Both the position numbers and the translations under genes were made by a program. Positions 31,176 through 40,610 of a DNA stretch of 64,000 nt are shown one piece after another (positions within the stretch are counted from its first letter, which is position 1; every line of letters starts with the position of its first letter). The DNA is taken from the NCBI GenBank assembly GCA_963707915.1, contig OY970178.1, forward strand, positions 480,001 through 544,000, given 5' to 3'. The stretch is from Candidatus Eiseniibacteriota bacterium (lineage in GTDB: Bacteria > Eisenbacteria > RBG-16-71-46). The notes beneath the pieces were generated by a model. It saw only the letters and a program-made list of their open reading frames with translations. It did not search any database and was not told the DNA's origin.

Positions 31176-31936
31176 TCCCGCTGCTCATCGCGCGCAACAC
31201 CTTCCGCGAGGCGACGCGCGACCGCGTGCTGGCCGGGGTGGTGGTGGCCGGCCTGGCGCTGCTCGCCCTGACGCAGGCGGCGAGCTCGCTGGCGATGGGC
31301 GAAGGGCGGCGTTTCACCGTGGACCTCGGACTGACGGGCATCTCGGTGCTCGGGCTGCTCGTCATCCTGCTCACCGGCACGAGCCTGGTGGCCAAGGAGG
31401 TCGAGCGGCGCACCATCTACAACCTGCTCTCGCGCCCGATCACGCGGCCGGCGTACCTGGTGGGCAAGTGGATCGGGTTCTCGGCGACGCTCTGGAGCGT
31501 CGCGTTGGTGCTGGGCGTGGCCCTGTGGGGGCTCGTCCTGTTCCGCGGCTGGGGCGGGAACGGCCTGGCGGTGCTGGAGGGGGTCTACCTCGCCGGGCTC
31601 GAGCTCAGCGTGATCACCGCGCTGGCGGTGATGTTCTCGGCGCTCTCGACGCCGGTGCTCTCGGCGCTCTACACGCTGGGCTTCTACGTGGTGGGGCAGT
31701 GGAGCTACGACCTGCGCATGCTCGCCGAGAAGCTCCCCCGCGAGCTCGGCGGGCTGCTGTCGGTGGTCGCCAACCTGGTCCCCAACCTGCCGCTCTTCAA
31801 CATGCGCACGCTGGCGGCCGAGGGCACCCCGACGACCTGGCTGCACCTCGGGCTGGCCTCCGGCTACGCCGCGGTCTACGTGGCCTGCGTGCTGTGCCTC
31901 GCCACCGCGGCCTTCGAGTCGAAGGACTTCAAGTGA
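31172..31936 (+). CDS. ABC-2 permease (PilI-like)
   Basis: IARNTFREATRDR, KEVERRTIYNLLSRPITR..Y..GK, about 6 TM segments, FESKDFK end. Confidence 0.85.
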   Translation: MIPLLIARNTFREATRDRVLAGVVVAGLALLALTQAASSLAMGEGRRFTVDLGLTGISVLGLLVILLTGTSLVAKEVERRTIYNLLSRPITRPAYLVGKWIGFSATLWSVALVLGVALWGLVLFRGWGGNGLAVLEGVYLAGLELSVITALAVMFSALSTPVLSALYTLGFYVVGQWSYDLRMLAEKLPRELGGLLSVVANLVPNLPLFNMRTLAAEGTPTTWLHLGLASGYAAVYVACVLCLATAAFESKDFK

Positions 31937-32694
31937 GCGCGCCGGCCGCGGTGGGCCCGCGCGGCCGCCGCTTCCTCGCCGCGTGGACGGCGGCCGTCGT
32001 GCTGGGCGCCGCGGCGTTCACGCTGGCGGGCGCCGCCTGGCGGGTGCTGCCGCATCCGCAACCGCTGGAGGAACTGTCGTACTACCCCTCGGGGCGCTAC
32101 CTCGAACCCGCGACGCTCGGTCACGCCGCGACCGCGGCCGACCTCGCGTGGCTGCGGGCGGTGCAGTACTACGGCCAGCACCGTGCCACCGACAACCAGT
32201 TCGTGAGGATGGGGCACGTGTTCGACATCCTCACCACGCTCGACCCCCGGTTCGAGCCGGCCTACTCGTTCGGCGCCTTCGCCCTGGCCCAGGAGGGCCG
32301 GGACTTCCCGGCGGCCGAGCGCCTCATGCGGAAGGGCCTCGCGGCCAACCCGGCGAGCGGGGAACTGGCGTTCGAGATGGGCTTCCTCTACTACGTGCGC
32401 CCCGGCGCGCGGGACTTGGAACGTGCCGCCGACTTCTTCGAGCAGGCCGCGCGCCTGCCGGACGGCCCTCCCCAGTCGGCCCGCTTCGCGGCCTTCGCCC
32501 GGCAGAACTCCGGCGATCTCGCGGCGGCCTACGAGCTCTGGTCCCACGTCGAACGCACCTCACCCAACCGCTACCTGCGCGAAATCGCCCAGCGGGAGAT
32601 GGCCCGGATCGTCGAGGCGCTGCAGCGCGGCCGCCGGGAGCACGCCATGGATCGCCTCGCCACGCCGGTCGTGCTGCTCCGGGAGCGGTCGTGA
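31933..32694 (+). CDS. Membrane-anchored TPR-like accessory protein (PilG-like)
   Basis: N-terminal TM segment; ADLAWLRAVQYYG and TTLDPRF..AY motif; TPR-like helices. Confidence 0.7.
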   Translation: MSAPAAVGPRGRRFLAAWTAAVVLGAAAFTLAGAAWRVLPHPQPLEELSYYPSGRYLEPATLGHAATAADLAWLRAVQYYGQHRATDNQFVRMGHVFDILTTLDPRFEPAYSFGAFALAQEGRDFPAAERLMRKGLAANPASGELAFEMGFLYYVRPGARDLERAADFFEQAARLPDGPPQSARFAAFARQNSGDLAAAYELWSHVERTSPNRYLREIAQREMARIVEALQRGRREHAMDRLATPVVLLRERS

Positions 32695-32734
32695 GGGCGC
32701 GCCCGGGGGCCCCGCCGGGGGGGGCAATGTCCGC

Positions 32735-32762
32735 TCAAGTCCAATCCGCGTACCGCCGATAA
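32735..32762 (+). promoter_or_regulatory. Sigma-28-type promoter of pilMNOPQ
   Basis: TCAAG-N15-GCCGATAA in intergenic DNA. Confidence 0.75.
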
Positions 32763-32915
32763 GCACCATGACAGGTCACCCGACTGGGTCCCCGGATCCA
32801 GGGGTGGCCCGGAGTTCGGCCCGTTGTCGTTCGTTCCGCCGCGAGTGGCCAGAGAGCCCCGCGGTCCAGCCCGCCGTGCCGGGTCAGGCCCGCACCGCGT
32901 CCAGGGAGTGAAGAC

Positions 32916-33971
32916 ATGCTCTTCGGCAAGAAGCAGTCCCTCGTGGGGCTGGACATCGGCAGCCACACCATCAAGGCGGTCGAGCTGGAGTCGTTGCCCA
33001 ACAAGTCCTGGCGGCTCACCCGCTGGGGCGTCTCCGCTCCGCTCGCCGAGGCCATCGTCGACGGCGAGATCATGGACCGCCAGCTGGTGACCGACGCCAT
33101 CTCCAACCTGTTCGAGTCGCGCGGCATCAAGTCGCGCAGCGTCGTGGCGGCGGTGAGCGGCCGCGCGGTGATCGTGAAGAAGATCACGATGAACCGCCTC
33201 TCCGCGGCCGACGCGCAGCAGGCGGTCTACTGGGAGGCCGAGCAGCACGTCCCGTACGACATCAACGACGTGTCGCTCGACTTCGAGATCGTGGGCCCCG
33301 CGCCGAACGACCCGAAGCAGATGCAGGTGCTGCTGGTCGCGGCGAAGAAGGACATGGTCACCTCGTTCGGCGACCTGATCCGCGAGGCGGGGCTCTCGCC
33401 GGCCGTGGTGGACGTCGACTCGTTCGCGGCGCAGAACGCGCTCGAGGCCAACTACGACTTCGCGCCCGAGGAGGTCGTCGCGATCCTGAACATCGGGGCG
33501 GAGATGACCAACATCAACATCGTCCAGGCCGGCGTGCCGTACTTCACCAAGGACCTGCAGGTGGGCGGCACGACGTTCGTCGAGGCCGCGCAGCGCAAGT
33601 TCAACCTGAGCCAGGCCGAGGCCGCGGCCGCGGTGCGCGGCGAGTCGGGCTCGAGCCTCGAGCTCGCGCCGGTGATCGAGCAGGCCTGCGAGGGGCTGGC
33701 GACCGCGCTCGAGCGCGCGCAGGCGTTCCTGCGCACGTCGGGCGAGGCGGGCGCCATCTCCCGCATCATGCTGTGCGGCGGGAGCGCGCTCACGCCGGGC
33801 GTGCCGGAGTTCATGCAGCGCCGCTTCGGCGTCACGACCGAGATCGCCAACCCGCTGGCCCGTGTCAGCTATGACCCCGCGTTGTTCGCCGGGCAGGACG
33901 TCATGAAGGTGGCGCCGCTTCTGACGGTCGGGATCGGACTCGCGCTGCGCCGCGTGGGAGACAAGAAATGA
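32916..33971 (+). CDS. pilM: Type IV pilus assembly protein PilM
   Basis: VGLDIGSHTIK, EAEQHVPY, LLVAAKK, LNIGA, LCGGSA, GLALR. Confidence 0.95.
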   Translation: MLFGKKQSLVGLDIGSHTIKAVELESLPNKSWRLTRWGVSAPLAEAIVDGEIMDRQLVTDAISNLFESRGIKSRSVVAAVSGRAVIVKKITMNRLSAADAQQAVYWEAEQHVPYDINDVSLDFEIVGPAPNDPKQMQVLLVAAKKDMVTSFGDLIREAGLSPAVVDVDSFAAQNALEANYDFAPEEVVAILNIGAEMTNINIVQAGVPYFTKDLQVGGTTFVEAAQRKFNLSQAEAAAAVRGESGSSLELAPVIEQACEGLATALERAQAFLRTSGEAGAISRIMLCGGSALTPGVPEFMQRRFGVTTEIANPLARVSYDPALFAGQDVMKVAPLLTVGIGLALRRVGDKK

Positions 33972-34537
33972 TCCGGATCAATCTCCTCCCCGGGGAGGAC
34001 AAGCGGCAGCGCAAGTCCGCCGTCGCGCTGAAGGCCGGCGACATGCTCGTGCCGCTCGCGCTCGTCGTGGCGACGGTGCTGGTCGTGGCGGGGACGGCGC
34101 TCTCGCAGCGCACCCGCGCCGACGGCCTGGTGCGCTCCATCGCGGACGTGGACGCCCAGTCGCGCGTGCTGGCGCCCCAGATCGAGCGGGTCAACCGCCT
34201 GGCGCAGGAGCGCGCCGAGCTGGACCTGCGGCTCGGCATCATCGGCAAGCTGCAGAAGGGACGCACGCAGAGCGTGCGGCTCATGGACGAGCTGGCGCGC
34301 TGCATCCCCGAGCACCTGTGGGTCGGCGTCGTCAACCAGGAAGGCGCCTCCACGCTGAGCATCGAGGGCACCACGCTCTCGAACCTCGTGGTCTCGGACC
34401 TCATGTCGAGACTCGAGCGCTCACCGCTCTTCGCGAACGTGGAGCTCGACGTGGCCGAGCATGCCGCCATCGCCGATCGCGACGTCGTGCGCTTCCGGGT
34501 GACCTGCCAGGTCACTCCGGACGAACCGGCCCAGTAG
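33968..34537 (+). CDS. pilN: Type IV pilus assembly protein PilN
   Basis: MIRINLLP motif, TM segment, coiled coil. Confidence 0.92.
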   Translation: MIRINLLPGEDKRQRKSAVALKAGDMLVPLALVVATVLVVAGTALSQRTRADGLVRSIADVDAQSRVLAPQIERVNRLAQERAELDLRLGIIGKLQKGRTQSVRLMDELARCIPEHLWVGVVNQEGASTLSIEGTTLSNLVVSDLMSRLERSPLFANVELDVAEHAAIADRDVVRFRVTCQVTPDEPAQ

Positions 34538-34547
34538 GGAGAACGCC

Positions 34548-35192
34548 ATGCCCAACCTCGATCTCAAGAACCCGGTGGTGCAGAAGACGGTGCTCAGCGT
34601 GCTGCTGTCGGTCGGCCTGCTGGGGGTCTTCTTCTTCACGCACTTCCTGCCGTTCGGCTACCCGAACCAGCAGGACCGGCTCAATTCGCTCAAGAGCGAC
34701 TTCGAACGCAAGTCCACCGAGCTGGCCCGGGCCCGCACCACCGTGGCGGACCTGCCCCGCTTCGAGGCGGAGTACGAGCAGCTGCACGACCGCTGGGTGC
34801 TGGCGGCCGAGTTGCTGCCGACGGACCGCCAGCTCGGCTCGCTGCTCCGCAAGATCACGCTCGCGGGCCAGGAGACCGGCGTGCAGTTCGGGCGCTTCAA
34901 GCCCTCGGCCCCCAAGACCGAGACCTACTACACGGAGATGCCGGTGCAGATCGCGGTCAGCGGCGGTTACCACCAGGTGGGGTCCTTCCTCGCCGAGCTG
35001 GCGAACCTGCGCCGCATCGTGACGGTCACGGACCTGCGGCTCAAGACCAACCCGGGCCTCGCGGCCAACCCGCTCGCCACGACCGCCATCGAGGTCACCG
35101 CGTCGGCCTACAGCCTGAACACCACGCCGGCGGTGGCGCCGGCGAAGAGCGCCCGCAAGGGGGGAGGCCCGGATGCGCGCAAGTCTTCGTAA
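34548..35192 (+). CDS. pilO: Type IV pilus assembly protein PilO
   Basis: TM segment, coiled coil, LLP..LL..I, YTEMPV.I...GGYHQVGSFLAELANLRRIV. Confidence 0.92.
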   Translation: MPNLDLKNPVVQKTVLSVLLSVGLLGVFFFTHFLPFGYPNQQDRLNSLKSDFERKSTELARARTTVADLPRFEAEYEQLHDRWVLAAELLPTDRQLGSLLRKITLAGQETGVQFGRFKPSAPKTETYYTEMPVQIAVSGGYHQVGSFLAELANLRRIVTVTDLRLKTNPGLAANPLATTAIEVTASAYSLNTTPAVAPAKSARKGGGPDARKSS

Positions 35193-35928
35193 GCGGATCC
35201 CGCACGCCGGGGTCGCGCGCACCGCGGTGGTGCTGCTGGTCGCGTGCGCCGGCCTGACGGCGGAACCGGTCCTGGCGGGCTCCTCGGTCGAGGCGCGCGC
35301 CGTCCTCGCCGCACGCCAGGTCGCGGCGCGGGCCGAGACCCGCGTGCAGGCGCAGAACGTCATCGCGGGCACGAAGGTGCCCGCACGGAAGCCGGTCCCG
35401 GCGAAGGCCGTGGTTCCGGCGAAGGCCGTTCCGGCGGCGGTCGCGGTCCCGGCAAAGGTCGGGAGTCCCGCGGTCCGCCCGCCGGTGAGCGGCCGGCCCC
35501 GCGTGGCGGCGGTCGTCCGCCCGCAGGTCACGGCGGTCCCCGCGTCGACGCGGCCCGGCATGAGCACCGTGCCGGCGCCCGCGGTCGCGCGGCTCGACGA
35601 CCAGGTGACGTACCAGTACAACGCGCTGGGGCGGCGCGACCCGTTCATGCCGCTCGTGGGCGGCGCGGAATACGTCCCCATCGACGCCCCGCCCGACGTC
35701 GGCGCCCTGCAGGTCGTGGGCATCGTGTGGGGGAGCACGGACAAGTTCGCCATCGTCGAGGATGGCCGGGGGAACAGCTCGGTGCTGCGCCCCGGCGACA
35801 AGGTCATGAACGGAGTGGTGGAAGGTCTGAAGCGGGACGCCATCATCCTGAGCCTCACCACGGACGGTCAGACGCAGTCGGTGACCATTCCACTGACGCG
35901 GAAGGGAGATTCGAATGCGAACCGCTAA
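35173..35928 (+). CDS. pilP: PilP-like protein with a long Pro/Ala/Val/Lys linker
   Basis: Y...GRRDPF motif, LQVVGIVW...AIVEDG; possible lipobox LVAC; position between pilO and pilQ. Confidence 0.7.
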   Translation: MRASLRKRIPHAGVARTAVVLLVACAGLTAEPVLAGSSVEARAVLAARQVAARAETRVQAQNVIAGTKVPARKPVPAKAVVPAKAVPAAVAVPAKVGSPAVRPPVSGRPRVAAVVRPQVTAVPASTRPGMSTVPAPAVARLDDQVTYQYNALGRRDPFMPLVGGAEYVPIDAPPDVGALQVVGIVWGSTDKFAIVEDGRGNSSVLRPGDKVMNGVVEGLKRDAIILSLTTDGQTQSVTIPLTRKGDSNANR

Positions 35929-37267
35929 GCTCCTGGCGAGCCTGATGCTGGTCGCCGGCACCGTCCTCCTCACCCTGGCGCCCGTCCCGGCCGGCGCGCA
36001 GGACTCGGGATCCATGAAACAGGTGGGCCTCGTCCGCACCGGCTCGGGGACGTTCAGCATCGAGGTGGAGGGCGCGGACATCCGCACCGTGCTGCGCGCC
36101 ATCTCCGAGTTCAGCGGGCGCAACATCGTCATCAGCGGGGAGATCAGCGGCAAGGTGCGGGTCGCCCTCAAGAACGTCGCCTGGCAGGACGCGCTGCGGA
36201 CCGTGCTGCGCTCGAACGGCCTGGACTACGTCGAGGAGAACGGCATCCTGCGCGTGGACCAGATGACGAAGCTCCAGGCGGAGGCCGTCGAGCGCGAGAC
36301 CGCCAGGGCCAAGCAGCAGGAACTGGTGGCGCTCGAGACGCGCATCGTGAAGCTCAACTACGCCAACGCGGGCGAGCTCACCACCGCGCTGGTCGGCTCG
36401 CTGACCAAGCGCGGCAGCATCCTGGTCGAGAAGCGCACCAACTCGCTGATCGTCAGCGACCTGCCCGAGCGGGTGGGCCCGGTCGAGAAGATGGCGCGCG
36501 ACCTCGACACCGCCACGCCGCAGATCCAGATCACCGCGAAGCTGGTGGACGTCGACGTCGAGGCCCTGCGCGGGCTCGGGGTCGAGTGGAACATCGCGCC
36601 GGCGGAGCCGGAGTACTGGAACGGCACGAGCCTGCCCGGCGGCGGCGCGCTGCACAATCCCGACCGCAGCCTCAACCTGGCCGCCGAGCACAAGACCGGC
36701 ATCAGCGATCCCGCGAACCGGCTGACCTTCGGCATCTTCAAGAACTGGGGCTCCATCGAGGCCCAGCTGCAGACGCTGGAGCAGAACCGCAAGGCCAAGA
36801 TCATCTCGAATCCCCGGATCACGACGGTGGACAACCGGGAAGCCAAGATCCTGGTCGGCCAGAAGATCCCGCTCATCGTGCAGGACGTGGCGGGGAACCC
36901 GGTGTCGCAGCTGCAGACCATCGGTGTGCTGCTCCGGGTCACGCCGCACCTGACCGACGACAAGAAGATCGTCATGGACCTCCACCCCGAGGTCAGCGAC
37001 CTGTCCACGCAGAGCACCGTGCAGGGCGGCGTCATCATCAACACCAGCGAGGCCGACACGCGCGTGATGGTGGACGACGGCCAGACCGCCGTCATCGGCG
37101 GCCTGATCCGCACCAACGAGGGCACGGTGCGCCGAGGCGTGCCGTTCCTGAAGGACATCCCGCTGCTGGGGCTGCTGTTCAGCTCCACGAACACGGTGGA
37201 CTCGAGCCGCGAACTGCTCATCTTCGTCACCCCGCGGATCATCACCAGCATGGCCAGCAACGAGTAG
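35915..37267 (+). CDS. pilQ: Type IV pilus secretin (short, no evident AMIN domains)
   Basis: ADIRTVLR, VAWQDAL, EKRTNSLIV, PQIQITAKLV, GVPFLKDIPLLGLLF, ELLIFVTPRII. Confidence 0.93.
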   Translation: MRTAKLLASLMLVAGTVLLTLAPVPAGAQDSGSMKQVGLVRTGSGTFSIEVEGADIRTVLRAISEFSGRNIVISGEISGKVRVALKNVAWQDALRTVLRSNGLDYVEENGILRVDQMTKLQAEAVERETARAKQQELVALETRIVKLNYANAGELTTALVGSLTKRGSILVEKRTNSLIVSDLPERVGPVEKMARDLDTATPQIQITAKLVDVDVEALRGLGVEWNIAPAEPEYWNGTSLPGGGALHNPDRSLNLAAEHKTGISDPANRLTFGIFKNWGSIEAQLQTLEQNRKAKIISNPRITTVDNREAKILVGQKIPLIVQDVAGNPVSQLQTIGVLLRVTPHLTDDKKIVMDLHPEVSDLSTQSTVQGGVIINTSEADTRVMVDDGQTAVIGGLIRTNEGTVRRGVPFLKDIPLLGLLFSSTNTVDSSRELLIFVTPRIITSMASNE

Positions 37268-37282
37268 CGGGCCGGCTGCGCG

Positions 37283-37320
37283 CGACGGCCGCCGGTGCTC
37301 CCGGCGGCCGTCGTCGTTGT
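37283..37320 (+). terminator. Stem-loop after pilQ
   Basis: CGACGGCCGCCGG-tgctc-CCGGCGGCCGTCG (13 bp) followed by TCGTTGT. Confidence 0.6.
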
Positions 37321-37390
37321 GCGCCCGGACCACGGGCCTCCGCTGGCCGCGGCTGGCGGTCCTCGAATCATCCGGGGTAGGGTGTCCGCC

Positions 37391-37942
37391 ATGACGATCC
37401 CGGATCAGCGCCCCATCGCCCTGGTGGGCTTCATGGGCGCCGGCAAGAGTACCGTGGCGCGGGCGCTGGGCGAGCGGCTCGGGACGGCCGTCGCCGACCT
37501 CGACGCGATGGCGGAGGCCGAACGCGGCCACTCGGTCGCCGAGCTCTTCGCGCGCGAGGGCGAGCCCGCGTTCCGCCGCCTCGAGGGCCGCATCCTCCAC
37601 CAGGCACTGGCCGCGGGGGCGGGCGTCATCGCCTGCGGCGGGGGCATCGTGCTGGACCCCGCTCACCGGGACGCGCTGGCGGCGCGCTGCCGCGTCGTCT
37701 GGCTGGAGGTCAGCCCGGCCTGCGCGGCGCTGCGCCTGGCGGAGACCGCGGGCTCGCGTCCGCTGCTCTCGACCGCCGCGGCGGGCGGTGCCGCGACGCT
37801 GTCGCAGCGGATCGACGCCCTGCTGGCCGTGCGCCGGCCCCTGTACGAACAGGTGGCGCAGGCGCGGGTCCCGGTCGATGGCCGGACGGCCGACGAGGTC
37901 GCGGACGAGGTGCTCCGCGTGCTGGCGGTGCGGGCGGGATGA
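37391..37942 (+). CDS. aroK: Shikimate kinase
   Basis: LVGFMGAGKSTV, DLD, GEPAFR, GGG, RPLL, R.PLY. Confidence 0.92.
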   Translation: MTIPDQRPIALVGFMGAGKSTVARALGERLGTAVADLDAMAEAERGHSVAELFAREGEPAFRRLEGRILHQALAAGAGVIACGGGIVLDPAHRDALAARCRVVWLEVSPACAALRLAETAGSRPLLSTAAAGGAATLSQRIDALLAVRRPLYEQVAQARVPVDGRTADEVADEVLRVLAVRAG

Positions 37943-38766
37943 CCAGGCTCCGGCGGGCCGTCGCGCGGGCGGCGATGATGTTGGCGCTGGTCGCGGGATG
38001 CGCGCCGCGCCCGACGGGAGTCGCGCCGGTGACCGGCGGGGCGCGCGAGGAGCTCTACCTGTCGCAGCTGTCGCGACGCGAACAGCGCGCGGCCATGGTC
38101 GAGGGGGCGGCGACGGTCTGGGCACGGGCCGGTGCGGCGTGCGACAGCTGCCCGCCGCTCCGGCTGCCGGCCGTGCAGGCGGGGTTCGTGGTGGCGTGGC
38201 CGGAGGCCTTCCGGCTGCGCGTCGGATCGCTGTTCGGCGCGGCCCTCGATGTCGCCCTGGACGGCGACTCGATCACGGCCTACGTGCCCTCGCAGCGGCT
38301 CGGCCTGGCGCTCGACGCGGGGAGCGACTCGCTCGGCGTCGAACGGCCGGGGCGCTTCGCGACGCGCCTGGTGAGCGCCGGGTGGCGGCCGCCGCGGCCG
38401 GCCTGGGCGGACGGGACGTGGGAGGGACGGTGGCTGGTGCTGCGCTGGGCGGAGGCCGCGGATTCGATCGCGCTGGCGGTCGACGCGGCCGGCGTCCCGG
38501 CGTGGGCGCGCCAGTGGCGGGACGCCGGCCGCGGGGTGGTCATCGAATACCAGCGCTGGGAGTCGGTGGACGGCGTGGACTGGCCGGCCCTGGTCGAAGT
38601 GCACGCGCCGGCCGGCCCGCTCGACCTCACGCTGCGGCTCGACCGCGTGACGTTCCCCGCCGTCCCCGACCGCTCCCGCTTCGGGGTGCGCATCCCCGGG
38701 GACGCCGAGCGCGTCGGGCCCGAGCGGCTGCGGGGGATGCTGGAGCGCGCGGGAGGCCGGCGATGA
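37939..38766 (+). CDS. Lipoprotein, LolB/DUF4292-like fold (tentative)
   Basis: Lipobox LVAGC; beta-rich pattern with RLRV.S.FG..L..A.DGDS...YVP. Confidence 0.5.
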   Translation: MTRLRRAVARAAMMLALVAGCAPRPTGVAPVTGGAREELYLSQLSRREQRAAMVEGAATVWARAGAACDSCPPLRLPAVQAGFVVAWPEAFRLRVGSLFGAALDVALDGDSITAYVPSQRLGLALDAGSDSLGVERPGRFATRLVSAGWRPPRPAWADGTWEGRWLVLRWAEAADSIALAVDAAGVPAWARQWRDAGRGVVIEYQRWESVDGVDWPALVEVHAPAGPLDLTLRLDRVTFPAVPDRSRFGVRIPGDAERVGPERLRGMLERAGGRR

Positions 38767-39386
38767 GGCGGGCCCTGTGGATCCTGTCGTGCGCGCTGCT
38801 GGGGCTGCCGGCCGCGGGCCCGGTCGCCGCCGCCGTGGGCGACGCACCGGCTTCGAGCCGCGCCCTGCTGGCCAGGCTGCGCTCGGCGGGGCGCGCCGAG
38901 GCCACGCTGCGGCTCGGCCGGCTCGACCCGCTGAGCGGGCGCACCACCGTCGTGCGCGGGCGGCTCGTCCTGGAGCTGCCGCGGTTCGCGCGCCTGGAGC
39001 TCGAGGACGGGCAGCGCCTCACGCTGCGCGCGGACGGCGGCGACTGGCTCCAGCCGGCGACGCGCCAGCTGGTGCGCGCGGGGAACCGCTCGGCAGCGGG
39101 GGCGCTGGTGTGGTGGGGCGTGCTGCTGGACCCGCAGTCGACCGGGATCCTGGAACGCAAGGTCGGTGCGCGCCAGTACCTGCTCCGCTGGCCGGCGGCG
39201 GGTGAGCCCGTGATGCAGCGGGTCGAGCTGGGGACGGACGGACTGCCGCGCCGCCTGACGGTCGAGGCGGGCCCGGGAGAGCGCGTGGAGTACGTCCTCA
39301 CCCGCTGGCGCTTCGTGCGGTCGCGCGGCCCCGCCGAGTTCACGCTCGCGGCCCCGGCGGGCTTCGAGGTCGTGGAGCTGCCGTGA
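38763..39386 (+). CDS. LolA-like periplasmic carrier (divergent)
   Basis: Signal peptide; G.L.LE.PRF.RLE...Q.L..DG..W..P..RQL and terminal FT...PAG.EVV pattern. Confidence 0.55.
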   Translation: MRRALWILSCALLGLPAAGPVAAAVGDAPASSRALLARLRSAGRAEATLRLGRLDPLSGRTTVVRGRLVLELPRFARLELEDGQRLTLRADGGDWLQPATRQLVRAGNRSAAGALVWWGVLLDPQSTGILERKVGARQYLLRWPAAGEPVMQRVELGTDGLPRRLTVEAGPGERVEYVLTRWRFVRSRGPAEFTLAAPAGFEVVELP

Positions 39387-39486
39387 CGCTCCTCGACCGC
39401 GGCCGATCCCGTGGGCGCGTGGATGCGCCGAAGTCGCGCCTCCCGCTTGACACCCTCCGGATGCTCGCGGAGACTCGCAGCCGCTC

Positions 39487-40065
39487 GTGCGCGTGATCGC
39501 GGGGTTCCTCGGAGGGCGCAGGCTCAAGGCGCCGCGCGGCCGGGAGACGCGGCCGACCTCGGACCGCGTGCGCGAGTCGCTCTTCATGGCGCTCGAGCCC
39601 CTGGCCGGGCTGATGGTGGTCGACCTGTACGCCGGCTCGGGGGCGCTGGGGATCGAGGCCCTCTCGCGCGGCGCGGCCCGGGCGGAGTTCGTCGAACGCG
39701 AGGCGGCGGCGCGCCGGGTGCTCGAGGAGAACCTCGCGGCGCTCGGACTGGCCGGTTGCAGCCGGGTTTGGGCGCTCGACCTGCCGCGCGGGCTCGAGCG
39801 GTTGCGCGGGGAGCTGGCGCGGGCCGACCTCGTGCTGGCCGACCCGCCGTACGGCGGAGGGCCGGCCCGGGAGGTCCTGGAGACGCTGGGGCGGCCGGGG
39901 ACGCTGAAGCCGGGGGCGCGGGTGGTGGTCGAGCATCACGCGAAGGACGAGGTGCCGGAATCGAGCGGGTGTCTCGCGCGGATACGCACGCGGCGGTACG
40001 GCGAGACGACGCTGAGCACGTACCAGGCGGCGGAGCCATCCGCCGCCGAGGAGCGAGGGCGATGA
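39487..40065 (+). CDS. rsmD: 16S rRNA m2G966 methyltransferase
   Basis: MRVIAG, TRPTSDRVRESLF, DLYAGSGALGIEALSRGA, DPPY. Confidence 0.93.
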   Translation: MRVIAGFLGGRRLKAPRGRETRPTSDRVRESLFMALEPLAGLMVVDLYAGSGALGIEALSRGAARAEFVEREAAARRVLEENLAALGLAGCSRVWALDLPRGLERLRGELARADLVLADPPYGGGPAREVLETLGRPGTLKPGARVVVEHHAKDEVPESSGCLARIRTRRYGETTLSTYQAAEPSAAEERGR

Positions 40066-40610
40066 CCACGAGCCGGACGGCGCTGTTCCCCGGGACGTTC
40101 GATCCGTTCACCAACGGGCACCTCGACCTGGTACAGCGGGCGGCGCACCTCTTCGACCGGGTGGTCGTGGCCGTGGCCGACAACCCGGCGAAGGGAGTGC
40201 TGTTCACGCTGGAAGAGCGCGTGGAGATGATCCGCGACGCCACGCGGGGGATGAAGAGCGTGGCCGTGGTGTCGTTCGGAGACCTGGTGGTGGACTGCGC
40301 GCGCCGGGTGCGCGCTCAGGTGATGATCCGGGGCCTGCGGGCGGTCAGCGACTTCGAATTCGAGTTCCAGATGGCGCTGATGAACCGCCGGCTCTCGCCG
40401 CGGCTCGAGGTCGTCTTCCTGATGCCGAGCCAGCAGTACACCTACCTGAACTCGACGCTGGTGAAGGAAGTCGCGCGCCTGGGCGGCGACGTGCGGGACC
40501 TGGTGCCGCGGCTGGTGGCGGCGCGGCTGGACGAGCGCCTGCGGCCGGCGGCGCGCCGCGGGGCGCGGACCCGCGGCGCGGCACGGACGACGGGGCGACC
40601 ACCGGCTTGA
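40062..40610 (+). CDS. coaD: Phosphopantetheine adenylyltransferase
   Basis: FPGTFDPFTNGH, RGLRAVSDFEFEFQMALMN, STLVKE. Confidence 0.95.
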   Translation: MTTSRTALFPGTFDPFTNGHLDLVQRAAHLFDRVVVAVADNPAKGVLFTLEERVEMIRDATRGMKSVAVVSFGDLVVDCARRVRAQVMIRGLRAVSDFEFEFQMALMNRRLSPRLEVVFLMPSQQYTYLNSTLVKEVARLGGDVRDLVPRLVAARLDERLRPAARRGARTRGAARTTGRPPA

